The notes under the pieces are model-generated. The model was not told the DNA's origin, did not search any database, and was given only the letters and a program-made list of their open reading frames with translations. The position numbers were made by a program, and so were the translations under genes. From Bdellovibrionales bacterium (GTDB lineage Bacteria > Bdellovibrionota > Bdellovibrionia > Bdellovibrionales > UBA1609), in assembly GCA_019695175.1 (NCBI GenBank), contig JAIBAM010000009.1:1235-65234 (forward strand): a DNA stretch of 64,000 nucleotides, read 5' to 3'. Below are positions 20,602 through 29,825 of this stretch, one piece after another (positions within the stretch are counted from its first letter, which is position 1; each line of letters begins with the position of its first letter).

Positions 20602-21147
20602 CTACTTTTTGCGAAATGGAAGTCCTAAAGCCTCAAGAAGAGCACGCCCTTCGTTGTCCGACTTCCCCGTTGTACATATAGTTATATTCATGCCCCTTAC
20701 AGACTCAACTCGATCATAATCAACTTCAGGGAAAATAATCTGCTCTTTGACCCCCATATTGTAGTTGCCTCTGCCATCAAAACCCTTTGGCGACAAACCT
20801 CTAAAGTCTCGCACTCGAGGTAAGGAGAGGTGAATCAATCGCTCTAAAAAAGACCACATTTTATCTTTTCTCAAGGTGACCATGGTTCCAATAGCCATTC
20901 CTTCTCTCAACTTAAAGTTAGAAATCGCCTTTTTGGCTTTCGTAACAACAGATTTTTGACCAGTTATAGTTGTCAATTCATCCGCTGCAAGGGTCATCAC
21001 TTTCGGATTTCTTACCGCTTCATTAACACACGAGTTGATAACTATTTTTTTCAACCGCGGTACCTGCATTACATTCTTTAGCCCCAGCTGCTTCATTAGC
21101 ATGACTGAAACTTCATTTTTATATTTTTCGTGCATTACATTTTTCAC
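20602..21147 (-). CDS. rplE: 50S ribosomal protein L5
   Basis: Contains PRLKKIVINSCV and RDFRGLSPKGFDGRGNYNMG. GTG start at 21147 with an AAGGTGA SD; the ATG at 21135 is an alternative. Confidence 0.95.
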   Translation of the reverse strand: MKNVMHEKYKNEVSVMLMKQLGLKNVMQVPRLKKIVINSCVNEAVRNPKVMTLAADELTTITGQKSVVTKAKKAISNFKLREGMAIGTMVTLRKDKMWSFLERLIHLSLPRVRDFRGLSPKGFDGRGNYNMGVKEQIIFPEVDYDRVESVRGMNITICTTGKSDNEGRALLEALGLPFRKK

Positions 21148-21313
21148 GTCTTCACCTTTTAATTTCTAAGAATTAGTTTCTAAGAAAGTTCCAAAAAAAC
21201 TAAACTAACAGTTCTATAAAAAAATCTTATTCAAAAACCAAAAATTATTCATTTTTTACTTAATGTTTTTTAATTCTCTATAAAAACGACTCTTTTTAAA
21301 CAACCTCAAGAGC

Positions 21314-21682
21314 TTAAACGACCTCAGGTGCCAATGAAACAATCTTAATAAATTGCTTCGCTCTAAGTTCTCTAGCCACCGGGCCAAAAATACGTGTACC
21401 TATGGGTTCTTTTGATGCATTTATTAGAACGGCTGAGTTATCATCAAACTTTATGTAGCTTCCATCAACCCTTCGTAAGCGTTGAACTGTTCTAACAATC
21501 ACGGCCTTTGCCACTTCACCTTTTTTGATTTTAGAGTTTGGCAATGCGTCTTTGATGGAAACAATGATCACATCTCCCACATTAGCCCATCGTCTTTTTG
21601 TTCCACCTAGAACCTTAATGCACATCACTTCTTTTGCGCCCGAATTATCAGCCACCCTTAATCTGCTCTGCATCTGAATCAT
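21314..21682 (-). CDS. rplN: 50S ribosomal protein L14
   Basis: Starts [31 protein letters not shown] overlap with the rpsQ stop. Confidence 0.97.
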   Translation of the reverse strand: MIQMQSRLRVADNSGAKEVMCIKVLGGTKRRWANVGDVIIVSIKDALPNSKIKKGEVAKAVIVRTVQRLRRVDGSYIKFDDNSAVLINASKEPIGTRIFGPVARELRAKQFIKIVSLAPEVV

Positions 21683-21993
21683 ACATTCACCTCTGGATGG
21701 TCCGAACCTTTTTCTAGAACCTTAATCAAAGACCATCGTTTTGTTTTACTAAGAGGACGTGTCGCACCAATGGATACTTTGTCACCACTTTTAGCTTCAT
21801 TTTTTTCATCGTGAGCTTTAAACACAGACGATCTTTTAATATATTTTGAATATTTACTGTGTTTAACCAGTCTAAAAACTTCTACTGAAATTGTTTTGCT
21901 CATTTTGTCACTTATAACATAACCAACCAATTCGTTGCGCCTTCCTCGGTGCAACTCATTATTTGATTTATTCTCATCCACATTTTTAGCCAT
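21679..21993 (-). CDS. rpsQ: 30S ribosomal protein S17 with an N-terminal extension
   Basis: Contains [18 protein letters not shown] and [14 protein letters not shown]. Confidence 0.94.
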   Translation of the reverse strand: MAKNVDENKSNNELHRGRRNELVGYVISDKMSKTISVEVFRLVKHSKYSKYIKRSSVFKAHDEKNEAKSGDKVSIGATRPLSKTKRWSLIKVLEKGSDHPEVNV

Positions 21994-22006
21994 ATTACCC
22001 TCTAGA

Positions 22007-22198
22007 CTACTGAGCTAGTTTTGCATTTACTGCAGTTAAAATTCTTGCCATGTCCCGACGCTTATATCTGATTTCCACAGGATTAGCGACTTGTCCCATG
22101 GAATGCTTCATTTTAAGTTCAAAAATTTCACTTTTAAGTTGTTGATGACGTTTTCTCAATTCATCGACGGTTAAATCCTTAATTTCATTGTATTTCAT
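22007..22198 (-). CDS. rpmC: 50S ribosomal protein L29
   Basis: 63 aa, with IKDLTVDELRKRHQQLKSEIFELKMK. Confidence 0.94.
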   Translation of the reverse strand: MKYNEIKDLTVDELRKRHQQLKSEIFELKMKHSMGQVANPVEIRYKRRDMARILTAVNAKLAQ

Positions 22199-22203
22199 TT
22201 CTA

Positions 22204-22611
22204 TTACTCCCTTGCCACAAACTTAGTTTTAAAAGGCAATTTATGGGCGGCCAACCTAAAGGCTTCTTGAGCTTGTTCTCTTGTAACACCATTCATTTCA
22301 AATAGAACTCTCCCTGGTTTAACAATAGAAACCCATAGTTCCGGGTTCCCTTTTCCAGCACCCATTCGAGTTTCTGCAGGCTTTTTTGTAAGGGGAATAT
22401 CTGGGAACACTCTCAACCAAAGTTTCCCACCTCTTTTTACCGATCGACTTATTGCTATACGTCCAGCTTCCAATTGTCGTGAAGTCAATCGCCCTGCTTC
22501 CAGAGAAATCAATCCGTAATCTCCAAACGATAGGCTATTTCCTCTTGTGGCAAATCCAGTAAATCTTGCTCTAAATTGACGTCTCCACTTTACTCGCTTA
22601 GGACTTAACAC
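22204..22611 (-). CDS. rplP: 50S ribosomal protein L16
   Basis: GTG start at 22611 after a GAGGAGG SD gives [14 protein letters not shown]. The track ORF runs further upstream into rpsC. Confidence 0.95.
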   Translation of the reverse strand: MLSPKRVKWRRQFRARFTGFATRGNSLSFGDYGLISLEAGRLTSRQLEAGRIAISRSVKRGGKLWLRVFPDIPLTKKPAETRMGAGKGNPELWVSIVKPGRVLFEMNGVTREQAQEAFRLAAHKLPFKTKFVARE

Positions 22612-23263
22612 GACCAGCCTCCTCAATCTCTCTAGCTGAGTAAACATCTCCGCGGTATATCCATACCTTAACTCCTATCAATCCATAGGTAGTTAGAGCC
22701 TCAGCTGTTCCAAAATCAATATCTGCTCGCAAAGTATGAAGTGGCACACTTTTTTCATTGTACCATTCTGATCTTGCGATTTCTGCTCCATCCAATCGTC
22801 CACTCACTCTAATTTTTATTCCACGAACTCCACTTCTAATAGCTGCAGCCATTGCCTTCTTCAAAGCTCTTCTCCAAGAGATCCTCTTTTCAAGTTGCAA
22901 AGCTATATTTTCTGCAACGAGCTGACCATCGGTATCTGGCTTACGAACCTCTTGTATATTTAGAAAAACTTCATTGGGTGTGAGCTTCTGAATTTCACTT
23001 TTTAATGAGTCAATTCCAGTCCCTTTTTTACCAATAACCACACCAGGGCGTGCCGTCTGTATAATAATTTTAACTTTATTGGCTGCACGTTCCATTTCAA
23101 TTTTGGCAACACCGGCATGCTTTAGTTTATCTTTGATGTATTTTCTAAGTTTGTTATCCTCATGAACATACTCCGTATACAATTTACCTTTTGCATACCA
23201 ACGAGAATCCCAAGTTCTAATGACACCCACTCGAAAACCAACTGGATTGACCTTTTGTCCCAC
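22598..23263 (-). CDS. rpsC: 30S ribosomal protein S3
   Basis: Starts [24 protein letters not shown]. Confidence 0.97.
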   Translation of the reverse strand: MGQKVNPVGFRVGVIRTWDSRWYAKGKLYTEYVHEDNKLRKYIKDKLKHAGVAKIEMERAANKVKIIIQTARPGVVIGKKGTGIDSLKSEIQKLTPNEVFLNIQEVRKPDTDGQLVAENIALQLEKRISWRRALKKAMAAAIRSGVRGIKIRVSGRLDGAEIARSEWYNEKSVPLHTLRADIDFGTAEALTTYGLIGVKVWIYRGDVYSAREIEEAGRVKS

Positions 23264-23275
23264 GCTACTCCCTTT

Positions 23276-23608
23276 CTATTTTTCGTCCAAAACAAGATTA
23301 ATGTGGCTTACTTTTTTCTTTACCATAAATGCACGACCTTGTGCGCGAGGTCTAAATCTTTTCAAGCTTGGCCCCTGATCTACGTAGACCGTTTTAACAA
23401 ATAAATTATCAACATCAATTATTTGTTTGAAAACTGCGTTCGCCACCGCGGACTCCAAAAGTTTCTTAAAAATATATCCGCCTTTTTTATCAAGAAAAGT
23501 TAAAGACTTTATTGCCTGATTCACATTTTTACCGCGTATCATATCTGCAACGAGTCTTGCTTTTTGAGCCCCTATTCTTGCATTTTTTAGACTTGCTTTT
23601 ACTTCCAT
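23276..23608 (-). CDS. rplV: 50S ribosomal protein L22
   Basis: Contains ARIGAQKARLVADMIRGKNVNQA and RPRAQGRAFMVKKKVSHI. Confidence 0.96.
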   Translation of the reverse strand: MEVKASLKNARIGAQKARLVADMIRGKNVNQAIKSLTFLDKKGGYIFKKLLESAVANAVFKQIIDVDNLFVKTVYVDQGPSLKRFRPRAQGRAFMVKKKVSHINLVLDEK

Positions 23609-23619
23609 TTTATCAACCT

Positions 23620-23916
23620 TTACTGTTTAGCAGAAGCTGTCGGTGCTGCCGCTACTTTTTTCTCAGCATGTCCTACAAAAGTTCTGGTAGGAGCAAACTC
23701 ACCTAATTTGTGACCAATCATATTTTCAGTTATATAAACTGGAACAAATTTTCTGCCATTATGAATGGCAAAAGTTAAACCCACCATATCTGGCAATACG
23801 GTCGATCTCCGAGACCAGGTTTTAATAACTTTTTTGTCATTATTAGCTCGAGCTTTTTCTACCTTCGCTAGCAAATGATGATCTATGAATGGTCCTTTTT
23901 TTACCGAACGTCCCAC
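23620..23916 (-). CDS. rpsS: 30S ribosomal protein S19
   Basis: Starts [16 protein letters not shown] and contains [23 protein letters not shown]. Confidence 0.97.
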   Translation of the reverse strand: MGRSVKKGPFIDHHLLAKVEKARANNDKKVIKTWSRRSTVLPDMVGLTFAIHNGRKFVPVYITENMIGHKLGEFAPTRTFVGHAEKKVAAAPTASAKQ

Positions 23917-23925
23917 AATAACTCC

Positions 23926-24744
23926 CTATTTCCTACGCTTAATTATCATTTTGTCTGTGCGTTTATTATTTCGAGTTTTATATCCTTTGCATGGCTGACC
24001 CCATGGAGTCACAGGATGATGCCCTTTTCCGACCCCTTCCCCTCCACCTAGCGGGTGATCAATTGGATTCATAGCCATACCCCTGACAGAAGGACGAATC
24101 CCTCTCCAGCGAGATCTTCCAGCTTTACCTAAACTTATATTCTCATTATCCGTATTCCCCACCTGGCCTATGGAAGCTCGACATTGGGAAAGGATTTGCC
24201 TTACCTCACCGGACGGAACTCTTATTTGACAGTAGTCACCTAATTTTGCCACCAAGGTTGCTTGAGAACCAGCGCTTCGACAAATCTGCCCACCTTTACC
24301 TGGTCTGAGCTCAACATTGTGTATGATTGTTCCTACAGGAATGTTACTTAATGGCAAACTATTGCCTGGTTTAATATCCGCTGCAGGACCCGATACAACA
24401 AAGTCACCAACCTGCAACCCAATAGGTGCAATAATATAGGCTTTCTCACCGTCCTTATAAGACAGCAAAGCAATCCTACAAGTTCTATTGGGATCGTATT
24501 CTATAGAAATGACTTTTCCAGGAACGTTGTCCTTTGTTCTTTTCCAATCAATCAAGCGATACTTTCGTTTATGTCCGCCACCCTGATGCCGAACAGTGAT
24601 CATCCCTGTGTTGTTACGAGCCGCCGGTTTGTGCAATTTTACCGTGAGTGATTTTTCAGGCTTTGACTTAGTTATTTCTTCAAAATCATATCCAGTCATC
24701 TGTCGAAGACCGGGGGTCCTTGGTTTAAATACTTTTGTTCCCAT
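23926..24744 (-). CDS. rplB: 50S ribosomal protein L2
   Basis: Contains [13 protein letters not shown] and [13 protein letters not shown]. Confidence 0.97.
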   Translation of the reverse strand: MGTKVFKPRTPGLRQMTGYDFEEITKSKPEKSLTVKLHKPAARNNTGMITVRHQGGGHKRKYRLIDWKRTKDNVPGKVISIEYDPNRTCRIALLSYKDGEKAYIIAPIGLQVGDFVVSGPAADIKPGNSLPLSNIPVGTIIHNVELRPGKGGQICRSAGSQATLVAKLGDYCQIRVPSGEVRQILSQCRASIGQVGNTDNENISLGKAGRSRWRGIRPSVRGMAMNPIDHPLGGGEGVGKGHHPVTPWGQPCKGYKTRNNKRTDKMIIKRRK

Positions 24745-24747
24745 TTA

Positions 24748-25026
24748 TCAAACTCCCTCAAAAAGAGCTATTTTTTCGCCCTGCTGCAACTTCACCATTG
24801 CTTTTTTCCAGTATTGAACTTTTCCCACGCCCACTTTTGTTCGCCGGGATCGGCCACGGCAAAGGGCTGTTCTTACTGTTTTAACTTTGACTCGAAAAAC
24901 CTTTTCCACTGCAGTTTTAATTTCTATTTTATTAGCTCTTTTATCCACCTCAAAAACATAAACACCCATTTCACCAAGAGCGTTGTTTTTTTCAGTCATT
25001 ATCGGTCTTTTTATAATTTGGTACAT
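24748..25026 (-). CDS. rplW: 50S ribosomal protein L23
   Basis: Starts MYQIIKRPIMTEK. The ATG at 25026 lies immediately after the rplD stop (25028-25030). Confidence 0.93.
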   Translation of the reverse strand: MYQIIKRPIMTEKNNALGEMGVYVFEVDKRANKIEIKTAVEKVFRVKVKTVRTALCRGRSRRTKVGVGKVQYWKKAMVKLQQGEKIALFEGV

Positions 25027-25027
25027 T

Positions 25028-25648
25028 TTAAACCCCGCAACGCTCAACTATTTTTGTTAGACTCTCTTTAGTAACAACCAAGGTTCCATACTTTAATAGG
25101 TCATAAACATTAAGACCATTCACACCATAATATCTGTAGTTTTGTAAATTTTTTGAAGCACGAACAACCATCGCGTCCGCTTCGCCATCCATCAAAACCG
25201 CTTTATCTAAACCAAATTTTTTGAGCTTAGCAGAGAGTTCTTTCGTCTTTCCTTGTGCCTTTAAAGATTCAACAACAAATACTTTTCCCTCTTGATTGAG
25301 CTGCGAAAGCGCAGAGCGCAATCCTAGCTGTTTTACTTTTTTAGGAAGGGTGTACGAATAATCGCGAGGAGACGGAGCAAAGGTAACTCCACCACCTGGA
25401 AAAAGAGGTGATCTAACCATACCCTGACGAGCATTTCCAGTCCCCTTTTGTTTGAAGGGTTTTTTTCCTGAACCCGCTACTTCACCCTTTACTTTTGCCT
25501 TATGTGTTCCGCGTCTTCGACAAGCCAGCTGCCATCGCACCACAGAGTGAAGAACGGCTTCATTAACTTCAGTTTCAAAGGCCGCTGGGTTAAGTTCAAC
25601 TTCGCCTACTTTTTCTTTTTCCCAATTTAATACATCAACTTTTGCCAT
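25028..25648 (-). CDS. rplD: 50S ribosomal protein L4
   Basis: Contains KGEVAGSGKKPFKQKGTGNARQG. Confidence 0.96.
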   Translation of the reverse strand: MAKVDVLNWEKEKVGEVELNPAAFETEVNEAVLHSVVRWQLACRRRGTHKAKVKGEVAGSGKKPFKQKGTGNARQGMVRSPLFPGGGVTFAPSPRDYSYTLPKKVKQLGLRSALSQLNQEGKVFVVESLKAQGKTKELSAKLKKFGLDKAVLMDGEADAMVVRASKNLQNYRYYGVNGLNVYDLLKYGTLVVTKESLTKIVERCGV

Positions 25649-25655
25649 ATGCTCA

Positions 25656-26354
25656 TTACACTTTCATTAGTTTGACTAGAGAGTTCCGATGCCCAGGAAC
25701 AGCTCCTTTTATTAACAACACGCTTTCCTCAAGCAAAACATCAACAATTTCAAGATTTTTTACGGTAACAGTTTCGCCGCCATAGCGTCCAGCCATACGC
25801 TTCCCAGCCATAACTCTTCCTGGCCAAGTTCTATTACCAACAGAACCTGGTTTCCGATGGAAACCCGAACCGTGAGACGCTGGACCACCAGCAAAATTCC
25901 ATCTTCGAACCACACCTGAGAAACCACGGCCACGACTCACTCCGGTCACTTTAACAAAGTCACCTTTTTTAAAAGCAGCCATATCGGTTCTTTGACCAAT
26001 CTCCACACCCTCAGGCAGCTCTTGTCTCATTTCTCTCACTTGAGCTGCAGAATGTTCAAAGCCCGATTTCTTTAGATGTCCTACACTCGCCTTATTACTT
26101 CTTACTGCTTTTTTCGGCGTTGAAGCCAATTGAATTGCGCTGTAACCGTCTTTTTCTTTCGTCTTTATTTGAGTTACAGTCCACGCATCAAACTTTAAAA
26201 CTGTAACTGGGACAGCTTCGCCTTTGTCGTTAAATACAGTACTCATTCCAATTTTTGATGCAAATCCACCACTTAACTTTACAGCAGTTTTGACATTTGT
26301 ATTTTCTGAAGGGTTTTCTTCAGTTTTTTTTGATTTTTGTGCTTCTTCACTCAT
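25656..26354 (-). CDS. rplC: 50S ribosomal protein L3 with an acidic N-terminal extension
   Basis: Contains GVSRGRGFSGVVRRWNFAGGPASHGS. Confidence 0.96.
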   Translation of the reverse strand: MSEEAQKSKKTEENPSENTNVKTAVKLSGGFASKIGMSTVFNDKGEAVPVTVLKFDAWTVTQIKTKEKDGYSAIQLASTPKKAVRSNKASVGHLKKSGFEHSAAQVREMRQELPEGVEIGQRTDMAAFKKGDFVKVTGVSRGRGFSGVVRRWNFAGGPASHGSGFHRKPGSVGNRTWPGRVMAGKRMAGRYGGETVTVKNLEIVDVLLEESVLLIKGAVPGHRNSLVKLMKV

Positions 26355-26383
26355 GAAATTCTCCTAAAATTTTTAGCCTATTT

Positions 26384-26701
26384 TTAGAGCACTGACAGTT
26401 TAATCTCAACGTCAACTCCAGCAGAAAGGTCCAACTTCATAAGTTGATCTATGGTTTGTTGAGTGGGCTCAAGGATGTCTAAAAGCCTTTTGTGAGTTCT
26501 AATTTCAAACTGCTCACGAGATTTTTTATCGACGTGGGGAGAACGCAATACGGTGTATCTGTTGATTCGCGTTGGCAATGGAATCGGCCCCGCAACCTTA
26601 GCCCCAGTTCTTCTTGCAGTATCAACAATTTCCTTGGTGGATAAATCCAGGAGTTTATGATCGAAGGCACGAAGGCGAATACGTATTTTTTGACTTTGCA
26701 T
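26384..26701 (-). CDS. rpsJ: 30S ribosomal protein S10
   Basis: Starts [20 protein letters not shown] prefer the ATG at 26701 (GGGAAG upstream) over the track start at 26716. Confidence 0.95.
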   Translation of the reverse strand: MQSQKIRIRLRAFDHKLLDLSTKEIVDTARRTGAKVAGPIPLPTRINRYTVLRSPHVDKKSREQFEIRTHKRLLDILEPTQQTIDQLMKLDLSAGVDVEIKLSVL

Positions 26702-26836
26702 GGTACTTCCCGTCATTTAGTTTCTGAAACTTGATCTTGTAAGACCTCGTTTTAACTTTATTTTTAACTTTGTTTGTCTGAACGATTTTAAAGGGCTTTC
26801 GTTTTGCGAGAGCTATTTAGAAATCAAAAGACAAAA

Positions 26837-26854
26837 GGCGACCCCTAGTTCGCC
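26837..26854 (-). promoter_or_regulatory. weak hairpin plus U-rich tail in the rpsJ leader (possible attenuator)
   Basis: Minus-sense sequence is GGCGA-ACTAGGGG-TCGCC followed by TTTTGTCTTTTG. Lies about 135 nt upstream of the rpsJ start. The stem is only 5 bp. Confidence 0.25.
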
Positions 26855-26977
26855 CCTACTGAAAGCACTCAGTTTCGCAATTTATCCTTTTTTATTTTGG
26901 ATTTATTTAGCGACTTGAGATTTAAGGGACGAACACGAATCGTCGTAAGGCGGCGATTATGGATACGGTGAACCTTG

Positions 26978-27006
26978 TTGTCAAAAGAAAAAATATAAAA
27001 ATAATT
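26978..27006 (+). promoter_or_regulatory. candidate sigma-70-type promoter for bioB
   Basis: TTGTCA (26978-26983), a 17-nt spacer, then ATAATT (27001-27006), about 45 nt upstream of ATG 27051. Confidence 0.35.
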
Positions 27007-27050
27007 TTTCACTTGATCTTTCTCTCACGAAGTCCCCATATCCAGGGTCT

Positions 27051-28067
27051 ATGCATAATTTTGAATCTACTCCTACTGACGATAGAAAGCATTTTTTACC
27101 AACAGTTTCGTCAAGCGAACAAAGCTCTAAGGCTTTTTCAACTGCACAGATCCGAGCAGTTTACTGCAAGCCACTTCATTCCTTGGTGCGCGAGGCAAGC
27201 CACTTACATCATAGCAGCTTTCCGCAGGGCGAAATTCAAGCCTCAGCTCTGCTTTCGATAAAGACAGGAGGATGCCCGGAAAACTGTGCTTACTGCCCTC
27301 AGTCTGCCCACTACCAGACCGGTGTTCAAAAAACAAAAGTCTTAGAAATAAGTGAAGTAACCACGGCCGCCCTAAAAGCGAAAGAGTCTGGGGCCACCCG
27401 ATTCTGCATGGGTGCCGCTTGGCGTGAAGTCAAGGACGGACCCGATTTTGATCATGTATTAAAATTAGTTGAGACTGTGAAGTCCCTTGGACTGGAAACC
27501 TGTTGTACTCTAGGCATGGTGAACGAAGTTCAAGCTCTCAGGCTCAAAGATGCCGGATTGGATTTTTATAATCACAATATTGATACATCTCCTGAGTTCT
27601 ATGAAAAAATTATTCAAACTAGAACATTTGAGGATCGCATAAAAACACTGCAGACTGTTCGTAAAAGTGACATAAAAGTATGCACCGGTGGTATCCTTGG
27701 AATGGGTGAGTCAGATGAAGATCGTATGGAATTCATCCGACAGTTGGTCAATTTGGATCCAAAGCCAGAGAGTCTCACCGTTAATGTTCTAGTGAAAATT
27801 CCTGGGACACCTTTAGAACAGAATCCTGACCTTGATGCTTTGGATGTGGTGCGTGTCGTAGCCACCTTAAGAATTCTATCTCCCCAGTCGGTCATCCGGT
27901 TAAGTGCCGGTCGAACTGAGATGAATTCGACGACACAATTTTTATGTTTCTTAGCAGGGGCAAATTCCATATTTTTTGGCGAAAAATTACTGACCTCACC
28001 CAATCCTAATATTTCTGAAGATTTAAATTTGTTGAAAAAAACGGGATATAGACTTCAAGGTCAGTGA
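27051..28067 (+). CDS. bioB: biotin synthase
   Basis: Radical-SAM motif GGCPENCAYCPQS (C-x3-C-x2-C), plus FCMGAAWR and GGILGMGES. Confidence 0.93.
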   Translation: MHNFESTPTDDRKHFLPTVSSSEQSSKAFSTAQIRAVYCKPLHSLVREASHLHHSSFPQGEIQASALLSIKTGGCPENCAYCPQSAHYQTGVQKTKVLEISEVTTAALKAKESGATRFCMGAAWREVKDGPDFDHVLKLVETVKSLGLETCCTLGMVNEVQALRLKDAGLDFYNHNIDTSPEFYEKIIQTRTFEDRIKTLQTVRKSDIKVCTGGILGMGESDEDRMEFIRQLVNLDPKPESLTVNVLVKIPGTPLEQNPDLDALDVVRVVATLRILSPQSVIRLSAGRTEMNSTTQFLCFLAGANSIFFGEKLLTSPNPNISEDLNLLKKTGYRLQGQ

Positions 28068-28076
28068 ATTACGACT

Positions 28077-29765
28077 TCAAGCAAACTGCTGTTCTCGAGG
28101 TCGAATTTCAGCGGGGCTCCTTGGGTTAAAACTACTTGATTGTGCTAACCGTAGGGCTCTTTGTAATTCTCGAGGCAACTCGTTACTAAAATTATTTTTG
28201 TTTTCTAATAGCGAGTTTGGAACTAGTGAAGGAAAGATCTCCCCATAGTTTTTAACCAATCCGTCACTCAGTCGACGGTATAAATCTGCTCTTTGTATTT
28301 GTTTAGGGTCGTTATAGCCCATAGCCCCTAGTATTTCTGCAAAGGCGGACACGGTTTCCCGTTGAAATCTAGCTACACGCTCGGCTTTTGTGGGAACGTA
28401 CAATCCTCGCGCAAGTCCAGGATCTGTAGTAGCTACTCCCACGGGACACCGATTGGTATTGCACTTTAGGGCTTGAATGCAGCCCAGGGCTAGCATCATT
28501 CCCCTTGCGGAGTTCACAACATCGGCACCCAAAGCAAGTTTTGATAAAAACTGAAAGGCTGTAAATACTTTTCCTGAGCTAATAATTCGTATTTTACCTC
28601 TAAGTCCAAAACCAGTTAAGACGTCATCAACAAAAACCAAACCCTCATCTAACGGTGTGCCTACAGAGTTTGCAAACTCTAAAGGTGCTGCACCAGTTCC
28701 ACCTTCCGCCCCATCCACAGTGATAAAATCAGGGTAAATTTGTGTTTCAATCATTGCCTTACAGATAGCAACAAACTCATATGGCTTCCCGATACAAAGC
28801 TTAAAACCGACAGGTTTTCCTCCAGATAAATCCCGCAGTTGTTGTACAAACTTAAGCAATTCAATGGGAGTGGAAAAAGCCGAATGGGCCGCTGGAGACA
28901 AAACATCTTTTCCTTCCTCCACCAACCGAATTTGAGCAATTTCTTTAGAGACTTTTGCCGCTGGCAAAACACCACCTTTGCCAGGCTTAGCCCCTTGGGA
29001 AAGTTTAATTTCAATCATTTTAACTACTGGTAACTGGGCTTTTTCGGCGAATAATTCTGGTGAAAACTGACCCGTTTTAGTTCGACAACCAAAATAACCC
29101 GTACCCAGTTGCCATACCAAATCCCCGCCCTGCAAATGATGGGGGCTCAATCCTCCCTCTCCGGTATTATGATAGAACCCGCCCTTTGCTGCTCCCAAAT
29201 TCAATGCCGTAATCGCAGCCGAAGATAAAGCCCCATAGCTCATCGCTGAAATATTTAATAAACTAGATGAATAAGGTTTAGAACATTGCGGCCCACCAAT
29301 GGAGAGACGCATTTTATCACTCTCCACATGAACAGGTACTACACTGTGAAGTACCCACTCATGGTTTTCTTGATACACATCCCTTTGTGTACCAAAGGGA
29401 ATAGTTTGTAATTCCCCTTTAGCTCGCTGATAAACGACGGAACGAAACTCTCTAGGAATGGGACGACCACTCAAATTATCTTCCACAAAATATTGTTGTA
29501 ATTCGGGTCGAATGAATTCAAAAAAATAGCGCAAATTTCCAATCACAGGAAAATTGCGTCTCACCCCATGACGGGTCTGAAGCAGATCCCATGTTCCTAA
29601 GAAAAAAAGAGGAAGAATCAGGATGAGAGACCAAAGTCCAGGAGGCCACCACTGCAAAAAACATAGTTCTGCAATAAAACAAAAGGAACTCAAAACCAGA
29701 AATTTTTTTAACACTTGAATGCTCCCTAATTTAACCCATGTATACGTTAGTTTTGAATAGAGCAT
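28077..29765 (-). CDS. membrane-anchored FMN-binding glutamate synthase family protein (GltB domain-2-like)
   Basis: N-terminal TM segments, then NTGEGGLSPHH, KLSQGAKPGKGGVLP and ITVDGAEGGTGAAP, which are typical of the GltS FMN domain. Confidence 0.8.
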   Translation of the reverse strand: MLYSKLTYTWVKLGSIQVLKKFLVLSSFCFIAELCFLQWWPPGLWSLILILPLFFLGTWDLLQTRHGVRRNFPVIGNLRYFFEFIRPELQQYFVEDNLSGRPIPREFRSVVYQRAKGELQTIPFGTQRDVYQENHEWVLHSVVPVHVESDKMRLSIGGPQCSKPYSSSLLNISAMSYGALSSAAITALNLGAAKGGFYHNTGEGGLSPHHLQGGDLVWQLGTGYFGCRTKTGQFSPELFAEKAQLPVVKMIEIKLSQGAKPGKGGVLPAAKVSKEIAQIRLVEEGKDVLSPAAHSAFSTPIELLKFVQQLRDLSGGKPVGFKLCIGKPYEFVAICKAMIETQIYPDFITVDGAEGGTGAAPLEFANSVGTPLDEGLVFVDDVLTGFGLRGKIRIISSGKVFTAFQFLSKLALGADVVNSARGMMLALGCIQALKCNTNRCPVGVATTDPGLARGLYVPTKAERVARFQRETVSAFAEILGAMGYNDPKQIQRADLYRRLSDGLVKNYGEIFPSLVPNSLLENKNNFSNELPRELQRALRLAQSSSFNPRSPAEIRPREQQFA

Positions 29766-29825
29766 GTGGTTCTGTCAATTACTGAGACTCGCTTTGCCAG
29801 CCATAAAAACCAGAGTTATGCTTTG

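Noticed and set aside
21148-21313. A degraded rplX remnant in the rplN-rplE spacer
   Set aside because: The spacer is 166 nt of AT-rich sequence with stops in all minus-strand frames and no KOW-like KKGD motif. It is too short for L24.
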